From the NCBI GenBank assembly GCA_042408215.1, contig JAYFMW010000020.1:576001-640000 (forward strand): 64,000 nt of DNA, read 5' to 3'. Below the pieces are notes generated by a model that was given only the letters and a program-made list of their open reading frames with translations, was not told the origin of the DNA and did no database searches. This stretch comes from Microcoleus sp. Lineage in GTDB: Bacteria; Cyanobacteriota; Cyanobacteriia; Cyanobacteriales; Microcoleaceae. Within the stretch, counting starts at the first letter, position 1; each line of letters starts with the position of its first letter. Below are positions 29,950-40,828 of the stretch, piece after piece. A program made the position numbers and the translations under genes.

Positions 29950-32900
29950 TTAATTAACAGGTAAACGGATCGTAAAAGTAGAACCAACACCCTCCTGACT
30001 TTGTAAGGAAATATTGCCGCCCATCATTTGGCAAAAACGCTGACTAATTGCCAGTCCTAAACCGGTGCCGCCGTACTTGCGCGTGGTAGAAGCATCTGCT
30101 TGGATAAACGGTTGAAAAATCCGCTGCAATTGGTCTGGATTCATCCCAATTCCTGTATCAATACAATGAAAAACTAAACATTCTTTACTGGGAATTGAGG
30201 AATGAGGGTTTACTTCAGATTGAGAACTTTTTTCAGGGTTCCCTTCATGACTTTCGCCCGATATCTGTTCTCGATTTGCGGTGAGGGTAATTGTGCCATT
30301 CTTAGTAAACTTGGCAGCATTGCTCAGCAAATTTAATAATATCTGCCGCACTTTAGTAATGTCGGCGTGCATAGTGCCGATATTGCTAATTTGACTCAGG
30401 TCTAGAGTGTTGCCGTTTTTCTCAATTAGTGGCGCGGCGGTGGAGGTGACTTCTTCTATCAAAGCTGCGATGTCGAAGGTTTCTAAATAAAGATCCATTC
30501 TGCCGGCTTCAATTTTAGAAATGTCGAGAATGTCATTGATTAGTGACAGCAAGTGTCTTCCAGAAGTGCGAATTCTGTCCAAATCCGGGATGATTTCTGT
30601 ATAACCGTATTCCTCGCTTTCTTCTTGGAGAATTTCGCTATAGCCGATGATGGCGTTGAGGGGAGTTCGCAGTTCGTGGCTCATGTTTGCTAGAAATGCG
30701 CTTTTTGCCGTGGAAGCGGCTTCGGCTGCTTCTAGGGCGAGTTTTAAGGCTGATTCAAAGACTTTTCGATCGCTAATATCCTCGATACTGCCTTCATAGT
30801 ACAGCGTTTTCCCGTCCTCATCTCGCACCGCACGGGCGCTTTCGGAAATCCAAATGACGTAGCCGTCAGCGCGGTAAACCTCGGATTCAAACCCTGAGAC
30901 TTCGCCGGTTTTATTGATCGCTCCCATAAACTCCTCCTGGCGCTGGGGGTTAACGTAAGCCTGCTGTCGGATCTTTGTGAGATTGGATGTTAACTCTTCG
31001 GGGGTGGAATAGCCGTAGATGCGGGCTAAAGCTGGATTAACGCTCAAAAAGTGACCTTCAGGTGTGGTTTGAAAAATGCCTTCGACTGCGTTTTCAAAGA
31101 TGCTGCGGTATTTTTGTTCTGCTTGACGTAGAGCTATTTCTGTGCGTTCGCGCTCGCTGGCTTCGATGGCTAGGGAGACTAAATCTGCGAGGGAAGCAGC
31201 GAAATTTTGTTCTTCTACTGTCCAGTTGCGAGTACCTGCTATCTGTTCGATACAGATGACTCCCACTGTTTGTCCGCCGAGTCGTATTGGCGCGTCTAAG
31301 GTAGAAGTAGTGCCACTTTCTACAAAGTAAGATTTGGCAAATTCTCTAGTTCTCGTATCTGATAGAGCGTCGTCGGCTGCGATCGTCCGGTCTTCTTCCA
31401 AAGCTTTAAAATAAGCTGGATAGTCTGCTGCTGCGATTTCGACTCCTTGGGAATGTCGGCCAGTGCTGCGGTGAAATTGGTCGAGACATTGCAGTTTCGA
31501 TCGACTCTCATCATACAGCCACGCGCCGGCTCTTTCTGTCTGTAGGGTATAAACTGCGGCTTCGTTGATTTCCCTCAACGCCACTTGTAAATCGCCTCGA
31601 TACAGTCTTTTATTTCTGGCGAGTTCTACCAAAACAGTATTTTGCTTGAGCAATTGTTTTTGCCTTTCCAGGCGCGCCGATTCGTCTCGCTTGTACTCGG
31701 TAATATCGCGGGCCACCCAAATTACGGACTCTTCTGAAAGTGGCGAAATGCTGGCGGCAAAACAAATTTCGCGATCGCCAATGGGTAAAGTGTACTCGAT
31801 ACTGACAGTTTGCTTGGTATCTAAAGCTGATTGGATGCAGTGCAGAAATCGATCGGCTGTGGCTGGCGGAAACATCTCGGAGAGGGTTTTACCAATTAAT
31901 TCTTCAGGTGGTTTATACAGTAGGGAAAGATTTGTTGGTGCTACTTTTAAATAGCGGCCACTAGCATCCAAAACTACAATTAATTCGCTCATCGCTGCAA
32001 ACAAAGCTCGCAGTTCTGCTTCGGCTGCTTTGAGTGAGGCTGTCCTTTCTGCAACTCGGTTTTCTAAATTGGAGTTTGTTTGCTCTAAAGCGACAAAGGA
32101 CGATCGCAATTGTCTTGCCATCTGGTTGAAAGATTGGGCGAGAACGCCTAGTTCGTTGACACCTTGGACTTCGATTTCTCCGTCTAATTCTGCGGAGGTA
32201 AAGTCCGATGACTCTGACATTTTTGTTAATGCTTTGGAAGCTTCCAACAATCGGGTAATCGGTTGGGAAACCCAGCGAGAGGTGATAATTCCCAGTCCGA
32301 TCGCCAATATGAACGCAAAAAAACACATTAGAATAGTTGTACGAGTATTGGCATTAATTTGCTCCATAAAGTCGGCTTCGGGAATTGCCACTACGATCAG
32401 CCAATCCAGACCGCGGCCATCTCGCAAGGGAGCAACAGTAATGAATTGACGCTTGCCGTCTAGATCGAAGGTAAACTGTCCTTGGCTGTCAATTTGTGCA
32501 AAACTGCCAAATCTGTTTTGTAAATACGTGGCGGCCGATCGAATTAGCAGATTTTTGCTGTCGGTGGCCAACAGCCGTTTTTGTCCGTCGCCTTCGGTAA
32601 CAAAGGGCAATTCCTCGGTGGAACTAGCAACTATTTCGCCGCTGCGTTCGATCGCAAAAACTTGTCCAGACTGACTGATTTTGATACGTTTGAGAAAATC
32701 GCTGATTTGGGAAAGAGTGAGGTCAATGGCCAGTACACCTTGCAGGCTGCCAGTTTGGTTGTAGATGGGCGTCACTGGTGTAATGCCGAGAACTGGCGGG
32801 GCTGTGAAGACGTAGATGGGAGACCAAGTGGGTTTTCCTGACTGTTTGGCCGTTGTGTACCAAGGTCTGGTACGGGGGTCATAGGGTACGGTTTTGATTA

Positions 32901-33384
32901 ACTCAGTGCGATTTCCTTGGCTGTCTAGGCGATAAATTTGGCGATCGGGAGCGGTTGATTCGTCTCTGATGTATACTAAATTTTCGGCTTCTCTCTTGAG
33001 TAATAGAAATCTACCCTGTTCGTCGCCGTAGTAGATAGTTGTCATGCGATCGCTCAGTTTGGTTTGGTTCCAAAAATAGCGTTCCAAGTTACCGAAGTCT
33101 TCAGGGTCTAAGTTTCCAGAGGCGATCGCAGCAGTATTCATTTGCAGAAACAGGTGAGACACATCCCCAAAACTTTGGAAATTTTCTTTAGTCCTGGCTG
33201 CGACTTCCAAACTCAACCTAGTAGCGAGGTCATTGACGGCTTTTTGACCGTTGCGAAAAGACAACCATCCCGTAACACCCACCGCTACAGAGATTTGCAC
33301 AACCAGCGGCACTAACAACACCAGACGCAGCGACATTTTTGGCGAACTTTTCATCAGGCGAGAACTCAGACTTTTGAATAACAT
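29950..33384 (-). CDS. Membrane sensor histidine kinase (Cache-HAMP-PAS-GAF-PAS-HisKA-HATPase)
   Basis: YDPRTRPWY Cache motif, HAMP (NELGVLAQSFNQM), H-box MSHELRTPLN, GGTGLGL; start uncertain (33384 or 33354; the ORF extends to 33498). Confidence 0.92.
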   Translation of the reverse strand: MLFKSLSSRLMKSSPKMSLRLVLLVPLVVQISVAVGVTGWLSFRNGQKAVNDLATRLSLEVAARTKENFQSFGDVSHLFLQMNTAAIASGNLDPEDFGNLERYFWNQTKLSDRMTTIYYGDEQGRFLLLKREAENLVYIRDESTAPDRQIYRLDSQGNRTELIKTVPYDPRTRPWYTTAKQSGKPTWSPIYVFTAPPVLGITPVTPIYNQTGSLQGVLAIDLTLSQISDFLKRIKISQSGQVFAIERSGEIVASSTEELPFVTEGDGQKRLLATDSKNLLIRSAATYLQNRFGSFAQIDSQGQFTFDLDGKRQFITVAPLRDGRGLDWLIVVAIPEADFMEQINANTRTTILMCFFAFILAIGLGIITSRWVSQPITRLLEASKALTKMSESSDFTSAELDGEIEVQGVNELGVLAQSFNQMARQLRSSFVALEQTNSNLENRVAERTASLKAAEAELRALFAAMSELIVVLDASGRYLKVAPTNLSLLYKPPEELIGKTLSEMFPPATADRFLHCIQSALDTKQTVSIEYTLPIGDREICFAASISPLSEESVIWVARDITEYKRDESARLERQKQLLKQNTVLVELARNKRLYRGDLQVALREINEAAVYTLQTERAGAWLYDESRSKLQCLDQFHRSTGRHSQGVEIAAADYPAYFKALEEDRTIAADDALSDTRTREFAKSYFVESGTTSTLDAPIRLGGQTVGVICIEQIAGTRNWTVEEQNFAASLADLVSLAIEASERERTEIALRQAEQKYRSIFENAVEGIFQTTPEGHFLSVNPALARIYGYSTPEELTSNLTKIRQQAYVNPQRQEEFMGAINKTGEVSGFESEVYRADGYVIWISESARAVRDEDGKTLYYEGSIEDISDRKVFESALKLALEAAEAASTAKSAFLANMSHELRTPLNAIIGYSEILQEESEEYGYTEIIPDLDRIRTSGRHLLSLINDILDISKIEAGRMDLYLETFDIAALIEEVTSTAAPLIEKNGNTLDLSQISNIGTMHADITKVRQILLNLLSNAAKFTKNGTITLTANREQISGESHEGNPEKSSQSEVNPHSSIPSKECLVFHCIDTGIGMNPDQLQRIFQPFIQADASTTRKYGGTGLGLAISQRFCQMMGGNISLQSQEGVGSTFTIRLPVN

Positions 33385-34065
33385 CAGTTTTTGACACCAA
33401 CCCGGTTTGCGTATTGTGCGATCGTTAAGCAGATGCCCTAGATATAAGTCAGCACTTCGACTTCGCGAGCGTGACCGGTTGTCGTGAAGTGCTGCCACTG
33501 CCGCTACAATTTGGCGATCGCGCTTCCACCGATATTGTAAAGACTTCCAATATTAATGATGCCACTACTTGACTGTTGCAGCGCGATCGTCAGCCAGCAC
33601 CTCTGTCACCAACCCGCACTCTGGCCTGTTCCGCAACAACCATAAACGACGATATAGCAGATTCCACGTTTATGAAGCTCGATCGCCGCCGTAGTAGGGA
33701 CACGGCACTGCCGTGTCCCTACCTCTGCTAGTACCTACTTTTTCGCGTCCGTAGCCGGAAAAATGTAAGTGATTTAACAATATCTACTTTAAAAATCTGC
33801 TATTAATAAATCCTATAGCAACCAGAGGGATGATTAGGACGTGATTAATTGCTGAAACTAGCAGCGCTTAATTCCATCTTCCTGCTTCCTGCTTCCTTCT
33901 TCCTTATTCCTTATTCCTTCAATATCCGGCTATAGTTGGCAAAAATCCATCCAACCAATCCAGGCAAGTTAAGCATCTACAACTAATCGCCGATCGCAAA
34001 TTTAAGTATTTGCAGACCTTCGGACAATCCAGATTTTATCAGAAGTAATACTTTGGGAGGATGAC

Positions 34066-34410
34066 ATGAACTATACATTTGAAATCCTGGGCGTAGCTCC
34101 AACTTTATGCTTTTTCAATCAACAGCAGGAATTGCTGCTTTTGCAGCAATCGGCGGGTGTAGAATACTTGGGAAACCGCAAATGCACTCTAGATTCCTTT
34201 GTGGCATCAGTGGAGACAGTTTCGCCCAACCGCGGCTGGGATGTCGATCGAGTCGTTAATACCGCGATCGGTTACTGGATGAACAACTCAGAAAGTATTC
34301 AGTATTGGAAGCAGAGGTTACAGGATGCCGGCAGCGAGAACTTATTAGTCGCCAGAGTCGGCGACATCAAATCTTTGCAAGCCGCATTTGAATCGCTGCT
34401 GGGGCCATAA
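34066..34410 (+). CDS. Conserved hypothetical cyanobacterial protein
   Basis: GGAGG RBS; globular 114-aa ORF (MNYTFEILGV...LLVARV). Confidence 0.75.
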   Translation: MNYTFEILGVAPTLCFFNQQQELLLLQQSAGVEYLGNRKCTLDSFVASVETVSPNRGWDVDRVVNTAIGYWMNNSESIQYWKQRLQDAGSENLLVARVGDIKSLQAAFESLLGP

Positions 34411-34489
34411 AAAAATCGGGAATTGGTAATTGGCGATCGACAATAGTTAGAATCAACTATCTCTTGCCAATTTCCCACTCCCAAATCCT

Positions 34490-35515
34490 ATGTCTCGCTC
34501 CAAAGCCCTACAATCTTATATAGTTGTCCGGTTGCTCCTAGCACCGCTGATGCTGTGGACAATCACCACAGCAGTATTTTTGCTGCTGCGGGCCACTCCG
34601 GGCGACCCCATAGATGCCATTCTCGGTTCGCGAGCACCAGCCGCAGCCAAAGCAGCAATGCGAACCCAACTCGGCCTCGACACCCCCCTATGGCAGCAAT
34701 ATCTCAAGTACATGAAAGACTTATTCAGTCTGGACTTGGGAACCTCCATCACCACTCGCGGACAAACCGTATGGCAAATAATCGGCGACTATTTCCCCGC
34801 TACGGTGGAATTAGCAGTTTTTAGCATGGCCATAGCCTTAATTGTCGGCATCAGCATCGGTTCCCTGGCAGCATCCCGCCCCAACACTATTTTCGATGTT
34901 GTAGGCCGTTTATTTGGCATTATCACTTACTCCCTGCCGGCTTTTTGGGCTGGGATGGTATTGCAATTAATTTTCGCAGTCCAGTTAGGCTGGTTTCCCT
35001 TGGGAACACGCTTTCCGGTGACATTAACAGCACCCCAAGGCTATACCGGACTGTACACTATAGATAGTATTCTGAGCGCTAACCCCGATCAGTTTCTCAT
35101 TTCTTTGCATTATTTAGCACTGCCGAGTTTGACCCTAGGCATTCTTTTGAGCGGCATTTTCGAGCGCATTGTGAGAGTGAATCTCAAGCAAACTTTGCAA
35201 GCAGATTATGTAGAGGCTGCTAGAGCTAGAGGCATTCCCGAATTGCAAATTTTATGGGCTCACGCTCTGAAAAATGCGCTAATTCCAGTAATTACAGTCT
35301 TGGGATTAACTTTTGCTGCACTGTTGGGTGGCGCTATTTTAACAGAAGTTACTTTTTCTTGGCCGGGGTTGGCAAATCGACTGTATGAAGCGATTAGTTT
35401 GCGGGATTATCCAACAGTCCAAGGAATTGTGGTATTTTTTGCGGGAATAGTCGTGATTGCTAGCATTGTAATTGACATTTTGAATGCTTACATTGACCCG
35501 CGAATTCGTTACTAA
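34490..35515 (+). CDS. Peptide ABC transporter permease (DppB/OppB-like)
   Basis: PGDP, DYVEAARARG, HALKNALIP, FSWPGL and RDYPTVQG motifs. Confidence 0.94.
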   Translation: MSRSKALQSYIVVRLLLAPLMLWTITTAVFLLLRATPGDPIDAILGSRAPAAAKAAMRTQLGLDTPLWQQYLKYMKDLFSLDLGTSITTRGQTVWQIIGDYFPATVELAVFSMAIALIVGISIGSLAASRPNTIFDVVGRLFGIITYSLPAFWAGMVLQLIFAVQLGWFPLGTRFPVTLTAPQGYTGLYTIDSILSANPDQFLISLHYLALPSLTLGILLSGIFERIVRVNLKQTLQADYVEAARARGIPELQILWAHALKNALIPVITVLGLTFAALLGGAILTEVTFSWPGLANRLYEAISLRDYPTVQGIVVFFAGIVVIASIVIDILNAYIDPRIRY

Positions 35516-35610
35516 ATCAGATCGATTCCGGTTGCGCCGGAATGTTGACAGTTGACTGTAGACCGTTGACTGTTAAAAAATATTTTTGAGTCCCACCGAA
35601 ATTGATATAA

Positions 35611-35705
35611 TAGGACTTACGCATTAACAACGTAATTATGTCATTCGCCAGCATTGCGAAGCATCTCCAAACCTTGTAAAACCGTCATTTAGTGCGTAAG
35701 TCCTA
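35611..35705. repeat. TAGGACTTACGCA...TGCGTAAGTCCTA inverted-repeat miniature element
   Basis: 13-bp perfect terminal inverted repeats, embedded in ACAGTTA heptamers. Confidence 0.65.
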
Positions 35706-35767
35706 ATACAGTCAACAGTTAACAGTCAACAGTTAACAGTTAACAGTCAATATTTGAGGAAACGCTG

Positions 35768-36241
35768 ATGAGATTGTTACCAACAATAGCCACTTTATCC
35801 GCTGTCTTGACTCCACTGATGGCCGAAGCAGCTTTTAGCCTTCCCATGCCCAGAACAGCAGACTTTCCTGTTACCTCAAACCCCCAAGTAAACGTACCCG
35901 TTTGCTACATCGAAACCACAAGCGGCACAACTTTTGATTTAGGCAGTTTGTGTGGCCGCAATAGTGATCCCGTAGCTAAGAATAACCGTGATTCCAGTAC
36001 CGTCAACCCCAACCCAGGCGCGGCGACTCCCAAACCCAATGTCATCACGAGAGATGCTGTCGGCACCCCGACAACTACTCCTGCGGGTACGAATCCGAAT
36101 AATCCAAATAATCCCAATAATCCCAATCCAGGAACTTCCCCAACTACCAATCCCAATAATCTCAATCCGGGAACTTCGCCAACTACCAATCCCAATAACA
36201 ATCAGTCTCCCAACAGTGGAACTGACAACGGCACTTTTTGA
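35768..36241 (+). CDS. Secreted hypothetical protein with CY..G...DL.SLCG motif and Asn/Pro/Thr repeat tail
   Basis: Signal peptide, GAGG RBS, NPN and PGTSPTTNPNN repeats. Confidence 0.75.
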   Translation: MRLLPTIATLSAVLTPLMAEAAFSLPMPRTADFPVTSNPQVNVPVCYIETTSGTTFDLGSLCGRNSDPVAKNNRDSSTVNPNPGAATPKPNVITRDAVGTPTTTPAGTNPNNPNNPNNPNPGTSPTTNPNNLNPGTSPTTNPNNNQSPNSGTDNGTF

Positions 36242-36500
36242 ACTGCCATAATAAGTTAAGCTAAGAAATAGAAGTTGCCGATCGCACTTGAGGAGAGAGA
36301 CATATAGTGTCAAACTTAGTTCAACGCTTAAACATTACCGCTCATCCGCAACTGGAAAAATCCCTCGGCTATCGAGGAGAGAGCCTGTGGGTAGCTTGGC
36401 GGTGGGAACCGGAAATCGAGCAACTTATTTGCAGCGACGGCAAAAAAGTCGAGACTGGCAATAATATGGCTTGGCTGGTGTTTTTACCAAGAAATTGGGT

Positions 36501-36655
36501 CTAAAGCCCCGTCCTTGTAGGACGGCTTTTCTTTAACTTCCGGATCATCTCTCTAAGCACGTCATTTTGAGTGCGCTCCGATTTCTCGCAATATTTCAAA
36601 AGTATTTCATACTCTTCGTTAGAACACCGAACCGTTAATTTTTTAAGGCCGTCAT
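36501..36655 (-). pseudogene. Small ribbon-helix-helix-like ORF of the IS, frameshifted near its start
   Basis: LKKLTVRCSNEEYEILLKYCEKSERTQNDVLREMIRKLKK reads in a frame offset from the ATG at 36655. Confidence 0.55.
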
Positions 36656-36685
36656 ATTGCTGTCAACCTATGGTAGAATACTAGC

Positions 36686-37807
36686 ATGAAAACACTGAAG
36701 TTTAAACTCTACGCACACAAACGGAATAGACACCTCAAGCGCACAATTAATGCTGCTGGGGTGATTTATAACCATTGCATTGCCCTACACAAACGGTACT
36801 ACCGGATGTGGGGTAAACACTTAAACTGTGCAAAACTTCAGTCTCATATCGCCAAACTGCGGAAGAGAAACCCATTTTGGCAATCACTAGGTTCTCAGGC
36901 AGTACAAGATATATGTCAACGCATTGAGAAAGCCTACCAACTATTTTTTAAGCATAACAAGAAAGGAGTTAGACCACCAGGATTCAAGAAAGTTAAGAAG
37001 TACAAGTCTTTCACCCTCAAGCAATCAGGTTATAAGTGGGTGGGTGGGAACAGGGTAAAAATTGGTAGTCGAGTTTATCAATTCTGGAAATCCAGAGAGA
37101 TAGAAGGAACCGTTAAAACTTTAACCATTAAACGCACCCCGTTGGGTGAATTGTTTCTGGTTTTGGTTGTTGACGACGTTAGCCCAGAAGTTGAAGTTAA
37201 GACGGGTAGAATCGCTGGTTTTGACTTTGGGTTAAAGACATTCCTCACCTGCTCAGACGGTACAATAATTGAGTCTCCCCAATTTTTTAAACAATCCCTA
37301 AGCACTATTAAAAAAGCTAGTAAACAGCATTCTAAAAAGCTAAAAGGCTCATCAAACAGAGAAAGAGCTAGAAAGAATCTAGTACGCAAGCATGAGGATA
37401 TCTCTAATCGTCGGCATGATTGGTTCTGGAAGTTAGCCCATGAGCTAACTGATAAGTTCGATCTTCTCTGCTTTGAGACTTTAAATCTCAAGGGGATGCA
37501 ACGTCTTTGGGGTAGAAAGATATCAGACTTGGCGTTTGGTGAGTTTCTACAAATCCTAGAATGGGTTGCCAAAAAGAAGAATAAAGTGGTTGTTTTTATT
37601 GGCCAGTGGTACCCCAGCAGCAAGACTTGTCGAGAGTGTGGACAGGTTCTAGAAAAACTAGATTTATCAGTTCGAGAGTGGCGTTGTCCCTCCTGTCAAT
37701 CGGTTAACGGAAGAGACGAAAACGCCGCTAAAAATATTCAAGCAGTCGGGGCATCGACTGTTAGCTTAGGTGATGTCAGACAGGCTAGTCCTGCAATTAC
37801 TGCTTGA
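36686..37807 (+). CDS. tnpB: RNA-guided endonuclease TnpB (intact RuvC D-E-D)
   Basis: GFDFG, CFETL and GRDENAAKNI motifs; CREC/CPSC zinc finger. Confidence 0.96.
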   Translation: MKTLKFKLYAHKRNRHLKRTINAAGVIYNHCIALHKRYYRMWGKHLNCAKLQSHIAKLRKRNPFWQSLGSQAVQDICQRIEKAYQLFFKHNKKGVRPPGFKKVKKYKSFTLKQSGYKWVGGNRVKIGSRVYQFWKSREIEGTVKTLTIKRTPLGELFLVLVVDDVSPEVEVKTGRIAGFDFGLKTFLTCSDGTIIESPQFFKQSLSTIKKASKQHSKKLKGSSNRERARKNLVRKHEDISNRRHDWFWKLAHELTDKFDLLCFETLNLKGMQRLWGRKISDLAFGEFLQILEWVAKKKNKVVVFIGQWYPSSKTCRECGQVLEKLDLSVREWRCPSCQSVNGRDENAAKNIQAVGASTVSLGDVRQASPAITA

Positions 37808-39025
37808 AGCTAGAATCAAGAGTGCGTTCACGCCGGGGAGTATGTCAAAGCATGACCTAGTTCAGCCTGTCCTACAAGAATACAATCTCGGCGAGGGCGA
37901 TCGCCATTCGCTGCTTTTGGACAGGAAAACTAGAAACCTTTACATTGGCGAAGGGACAGCAATTCAAAGTCTGCTAGAACAGCCAGAAAGTTTAGGATTG
38001 TTGACTTGTCTCGATAGTAACACAAAAGGCGATCGCAACTTTGCCGAAACTTGGCAAAAAAAGCTAGCTAAAACCACAAAAACCAACGCTTTTCGGCACC
38101 TAACAAATCTAATTCCCATCAGTATTGCGGCAACTTTAATCAGTGCGTTGGGAGTAGGAACAGGGCTTTGGCTAGTCCCGGCGGTGCAGCAGAAACTAGC
38201 CCAAAAAACAGCTCCAATTTCCCCTATGAGTTTTGAAGCTAGCTGCTATATTGGTCAGTCATACAAATTTTCATCCCATGTCGGTTCCTTAAATGGAAAT
38301 AAAGAACTGCACTTAATAGCCGTTTACGAAGCTACTTCGCCACAGGAAAACGGAAATCGAGCAAAAAGTGCGATCGAAGTAAAAGTAGAACGCCAAAACA
38401 AACCGATAATTCTCGCACTTTCAGCCTACGAACCCCTTAACTGGAATGTGACTGTAGAACCAGGAGCAGTCATCGAAAAAATCCTGGTTAACGGATACCA
38501 CAACCAAACTATTTCTGGAGTTACTGGAATTCCCATTGAAGAACACAGCTACGACGAAACCGGAGACTACCTCGGCAACTTTATCTACAAATGGGATGCG
38601 ACTACTGAAAGTACAAATACTCCCTCACTCGTCACTAAATTAGAACAGATAAATCACACAAAATTGACTTCTTTTCAAGGATGTTACCGAGGTACAAGCT
38701 TTACGATTAAGTAAAGATTAAAGGTTAACACTATAAGTGGAGACAGACACCGACAGGTGAAAACGATCGCCTAAAACCGCAAAACCCGTCCAGGCGTTTT
38801 TTTTTGATTGAGAGTTAAATTTATTGAACTTTGTATGATATAATGTCCCGTGGTATAAATAATGTATTATTTAATGCCTGTAGGGGCGGGTGCACCAAAA
38901 GCTCAAAAAAGTACAGACAGGTTAAATAAACCCGTCCCCACCCACAATCAAATTAACTCTTTGTGGAACAGGCATCTTGCCTGTTATTGAGAATGATAGA
39001 AGATGTGAGTTTAACCCGAATTAAG

Positions 39026-39799
39026 ATGAAATACTGGTACGAAACCCTAGCTGTAGCCCAGCGAATTTTAATTGAACTGTTCCGGCGAAAACGCAGCTTA
39101 ATCCTCTGGAGTATTTTCCCAGTTTCTATCTTGATCATTAACGCATTGATCTTAAAAGAACGCGCCAATCTCACCACAGCAAAAGCCTTTGAAAGTGCAG
39201 CACCTGCAAGCCTAGTAGGAGCCGCCTTATTTTTTAGCTGTCTCGGCGGGAGCGTCGCAACAGTAGTAGCAGAGCGAGAACAGCATACTCTCAAACGCCT
39301 ATTTATTTCCCCTCTAAGTGGGACTTCCTACTTTTTAGGAATTTTTCTAGCTCACAGTTGCATCGGCATCGGTCAGGTACTTTTAGTATATGCGATCGCA
39401 GCTTGTTTCGGAGCACAATTCCAAGGTTCGATTCTGTTAGGAAGTGCGATTATTCTACTCAGTATTATATCTTACGTCGGTGTCGGCTTCATTCTCGGAA
39501 CCCAATTCGCGAAGCGCACAGAAGATGTCAACTCCCTAGTAGCAGCATTCGGAGTTCCTTTGTTAATTTTAGGAGGCGCATTTTTGCCGACAGCACTGTT
39601 TCCCAAAAGCCTCTTAGAACTGGCAAAATATAATCCAATTTATCACATGAACGAATCGCTAATCCAAGTTTGGGCCAACGGCAAAAACTTGGATGATATT
39701 TCCGAACACTTCTGGTTCTTATTCATATTTTCTCTAGCAATGATAGCAGGTGGATGGCTTTCTTACCGCAGGATGTTGAGAGTAGAAAGAAGACTTTAG
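39026..39799 (+). CDS. ABC-2 type exporter permease
   Basis: MKYWYETLAV start; EREQHTLKRLFISP and NPIYH motifs; six TM segments. Confidence 0.9.
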   Translation: MKYWYETLAVAQRILIELFRRKRSLILWSIFPVSILIINALILKERANLTTAKAFESAAPASLVGAALFFSCLGGSVATVVAEREQHTLKRLFISPLSGTSYFLGIFLAHSCIGIGQVLLVYAIAACFGAQFQGSILLGSAIILLSIISYVGVGFILGTQFAKRTEDVNSLVAAFGVPLLILGGAFLPTALFPKSLLELAKYNPIYHMNESLIQVWANGKNLDDISEHFWFLFIFSLAMIAGGWLSYRRMLRVERRL

Positions 39800-39867
39800 A
39801 ACTCTCTCTTCTCCTCCTCTGCGCCCTCTGCGCCCTCTGCGGTTAAAAAAAACCAAAACAACCGTAA

Positions 39868-40803
39868 ATGCTCATATACAAAAAACTACGGAGAATTCAA
39901 GCAGTGCTGCAAATAGAAAAGCTAAATAAATCCTATGGTAATCGTTCAGTGCTTCGAGATTTAACACTGCACATACAACCAGGAGAAATCTATGGTTTGC
40001 TCGGACAAAACGGTGCAGGAAAAACTACCACAATCAATATTTTATGCAATTTGCTCAATGCAGACAGTGGCCAGATCACCCTCAATGGCGAACCAGTTTC
40101 AGACTCAACAAAACCCTTAATCGGTGTAGCACCCCAAGATAATTTGCTTTACAAAAGCCTGAGTTGCGAAGAAAATCTCAACTTTTTTGCTCAAATTTAT
40201 GGCTTAGATAGCAAGCAAAGAAGTTATCAAGTAGAGCAATGTTTAAAAGCAGTAAATTTGACAGATAGAGCTAAAAGCCCGGTGGAAACTTTGAGCGGAG
40301 GAATGCAGCGCCGATTGAATATTGCGGTGGCTTTGGTGCACCAACCTAAGTTAGTAATTTTAGATGAACCGACAACAGGCTTAGACATAGAAGCCCGCTA
40401 TGAAATTTGGGAGTTAATTCAGCAATTGCAATCTCAAGGAATTACGATTTTGCTAACAACCCACTTATTAGATGAAGCTGAACGTCTTTGTCAGAGAATT
40501 GGAATTTTAAAAAATGGCAGTATTGTAGCTGAAGGCAGTTTGGAGGAGTTGCGAAAACTGATTCCGGCTCAGGAGATTATTATTGTCAAAACCGAACAAG
40601 AAGCTGAAGTCATCGCCCGCGCTGACAAGTACAATTTCATTCCCCGTCGTTACGGTAGCGATTTAGCATTTTGGCTACCGGAACCTTTAGAATTAAAAGA
40701 GATTATTTGGCGTTTTGATGGAATTTCCATTGACTCAATTGCGCGGTATCCGGTGAGGCTAGAACATATTTATGTCGAGGTGACGAAACAAACGGTATCT
40801 TAA
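39868..40803 (+). CDS. ABC-2 type exporter ATP-binding subunit
   Basis: GQNGAGKT, LSGGMQRR, ILDEPT and TTH motifs; GTG 39904 is an alternative start. Confidence 0.94.
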   Translation: MLIYKKLRRIQAVLQIEKLNKSYGNRSVLRDLTLHIQPGEIYGLLGQNGAGKTTTINILCNLLNADSGQITLNGEPVSDSTKPLIGVAPQDNLLYKSLSCEENLNFFAQIYGLDSKQRSYQVEQCLKAVNLTDRAKSPVETLSGGMQRRLNIAVALVHQPKLVILDEPTTGLDIEARYEIWELIQQLQSQGITILLTTHLLDEAERLCQRIGILKNGSIVAEGSLEELRKLIPAQEIIIVKTEQEAEVIARADKYNFIPRRYGSDLAFWLPEPLELKEIIWRFDGISIDSIARYPVRLEHIYVEVTKQTVS

Positions 40804-40828
40804 TCTGCGTCCATCAGTTATGAAACAC

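Larger units (their letters stand above)
36488..37848 (+). mobile_element. IS200/IS605-family element carrying tnpB only (IS1341-like), 1361 bp
   Basis: TTAC|CAAGAAATTGGGTCT-AAAG-hairpin left end; GAAT...CGCCGGGGAGTATG-TCAA| right end; no target duplication; no HIP1 sites seen inside. Confidence 0.93.
36307..38714 (+). pseudogene. Hypothetical single-TM protein gene (~348 aa) interrupted by an IS605 element
   Basis: 36307-36487 joined to 37849-38714 is one frame (AWLVFL-Q-HDLVQPVL); C-terminal domain contains KPIILALSAYEPLNW and FQGCY. Confidence 0.85.

Noticed and set aside
33385..33660. Riboswitch in the long leader of the Cache kinase
   Set aside because: Only one modest stem (AGCACTTC/GAAGTGCT) and no consensus motif I can recognise.
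37770..37848. N-terminus of ORF 37770..38714 as a real gene start
   Set aside because: It lies inside the IS right end; the true 5' half of the gene is 36307-36487.
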